From the NCBI RefSeq assembly GCF_016432865.1, contig NC_067398.1:177134001-177198000 (forward strand): 64,000 nucleotides of DNA, given 5' to 3'. How positions within the stretch are numbered: position 1 is the stretch's first letter; every line of letters begins with the position of its first letter. A program made the translations under genes and the position numbers. Origin of the DNA: Antechinus flavipes (Eukaryota). Of this stretch, positions 62,949-64,000 are shown one piece after another. The notes below the pieces were generated by a model. That model saw nothing but the letters and a program-made list of their open reading frames with translations. It had not been told where the DNA came from and searched no databases.

Positions 62949-62961
62949 ATGGTCAAAGGAT

Positions 62962-63561
62962 ATGAACAGAAAATTCTCAGATGAAGAAATTGAAACTATT
63001 TCTAGCCATATAAAAAGATGCTACAAGTCATTATTAATCAGAGAAATGCAAATTAAGACAACATTGAGATACCACTACACACCTGTCAGATTGGCTAGAA
63101 TGACAGGGAAAGATAATGTGGAATGTTGGAGGAGATGTGGGAAAACAGGGACACTGATACATTGTTGGTGGAATTGTGAATACATCCAGCCATTCTGGAG
63201 AGCAATTTGGAACTATGCTCAAAAAGTTATCAAACTGTGCATACCCTTTGACCCTGCAGTGTTACTACTGGGCTTATATCCCAAAGAGATCTTAAAGAAG
63301 GGAAAAAGACCTGTATGTGCTAGAATGTTTGTGGCAGCCCTCTTTGTAGTCACCAGAAACTGGAAACTGAGTGGATGCCCATCAATTGGAGAATGGCTGA
63401 ATAAATTGTGGTGTATGAACGTTATGGAATATTATTGTTCTGTAAGAAATGACCAGCAGGATGATTTCAGAAATGCCTGGAGAGACTTACATGAACTGAT
63501 GCTGAGTGAAATGAGCAGGACCAGGAGATCATTTATATACTTCAACAACAATACTATATGA
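62962..63561 (+). pseudogene. L1 ORF2 C-terminal (Cys-rich) fragment, 199 open codons
   Basis: ORF track: CWRRCGKTGTLIHCWWNC, PFDPAVLLLGLYPKE, MFVAALFVV. Confidence 0.9.
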
Positions 63562-64000
63562 TGATCAATTCTGATGGACCTGGCCATCTTCAGCAATGAG
63601 ATGAAATCTCATTCTGTTCCAAATCAGTTCCAATGAAGCCGTAATGAACTGAACCAGCTACACCCAGCAAAAGAACCCTGGGAGATGACTAAGAACCATT
63701 ACATAGAATTCTCAATCCCTATATTTTTATCTGCCTGCATTTTTCATTTCCTTCACAGGCTAATTGTACACTATTTCAGCGTCTGATTTTTTTTTTTTTG
63801 TACAGCAACATAACTGTTTAGATATGTATACTTATTTTGTATTTAATTTATACTTTAACATATTTAACATGTATTGGTCAACCTGCCATCCAGGGGGTGG
63901 AGTGGGGAGGAATTGGAACAAAAGGTTTGGCAATTGTTAATGCTGTAAAATTACCCATGCATATAACTTGTAAATAAAAAGCTATAATAAAAAAAGGAAA

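Larger units (their letters stand above)
60853..64000 (+). mobile_element. 5'-truncated L1 (3' part of ORF2, 3' UTR, poly-A), split by a MITE and an ERV
   Basis: EGGLAVPNLKLYYKA...NIVFD|KPKD...SPIDK|WSKDMNRKFS...CWRRCGKTGTLIHCWWNC...RDLHELMLSEMSRT. AATAAA and A-rich tail near 63973-64000. Confidence 0.95.

Overview
AT-rich, CpG-depleted, repeat-dense vertebrate genomic DNA with four N-gaps. It is not prokaryotic, and I found no CRISPR array, rRNA or true tRNA gene. The repeat set points to a marsupial, most likely a dasyurid such as Tasmanian devil (inference): CORE-SINEs of MIR/MAR1/WSINE1 type, RTE, L2, L3/CR1, marsupial-type L1, ~190-bp hAT MITEs and class II ERV. I recognise no host protein-coding exon, so the window looks intronic or intergenic. 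The only ORFs with recognisable homology are transposon-derived: a pogo DDE transposase fragment, betaretroviral Gag matrix, L1 ORF2 pieces and RTE RT pieces. Highlights: (1) a truncated ERVK-like provirus inside an L1 carries two primer-binding sites in tandem, one a 40-nt copy of tRNA-Lys(UUU) ending at A37 and one matching tRNA-Lys(CUU); (2) a 601-bp TG...CA element has 56-bp terminal inverted repeats, a near-perfect 6-bp target duplication and LTR-like promoter/poly(A) signals; (3) several nested insertions with visible target duplications; (4) relics of Tc1 and possibly Tx1/L1-clade elements; (5) TE-poor islands that may be enhancers. Family names come from recalled consensus features, not database searches. 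Boundaries of old repeats are approximate.
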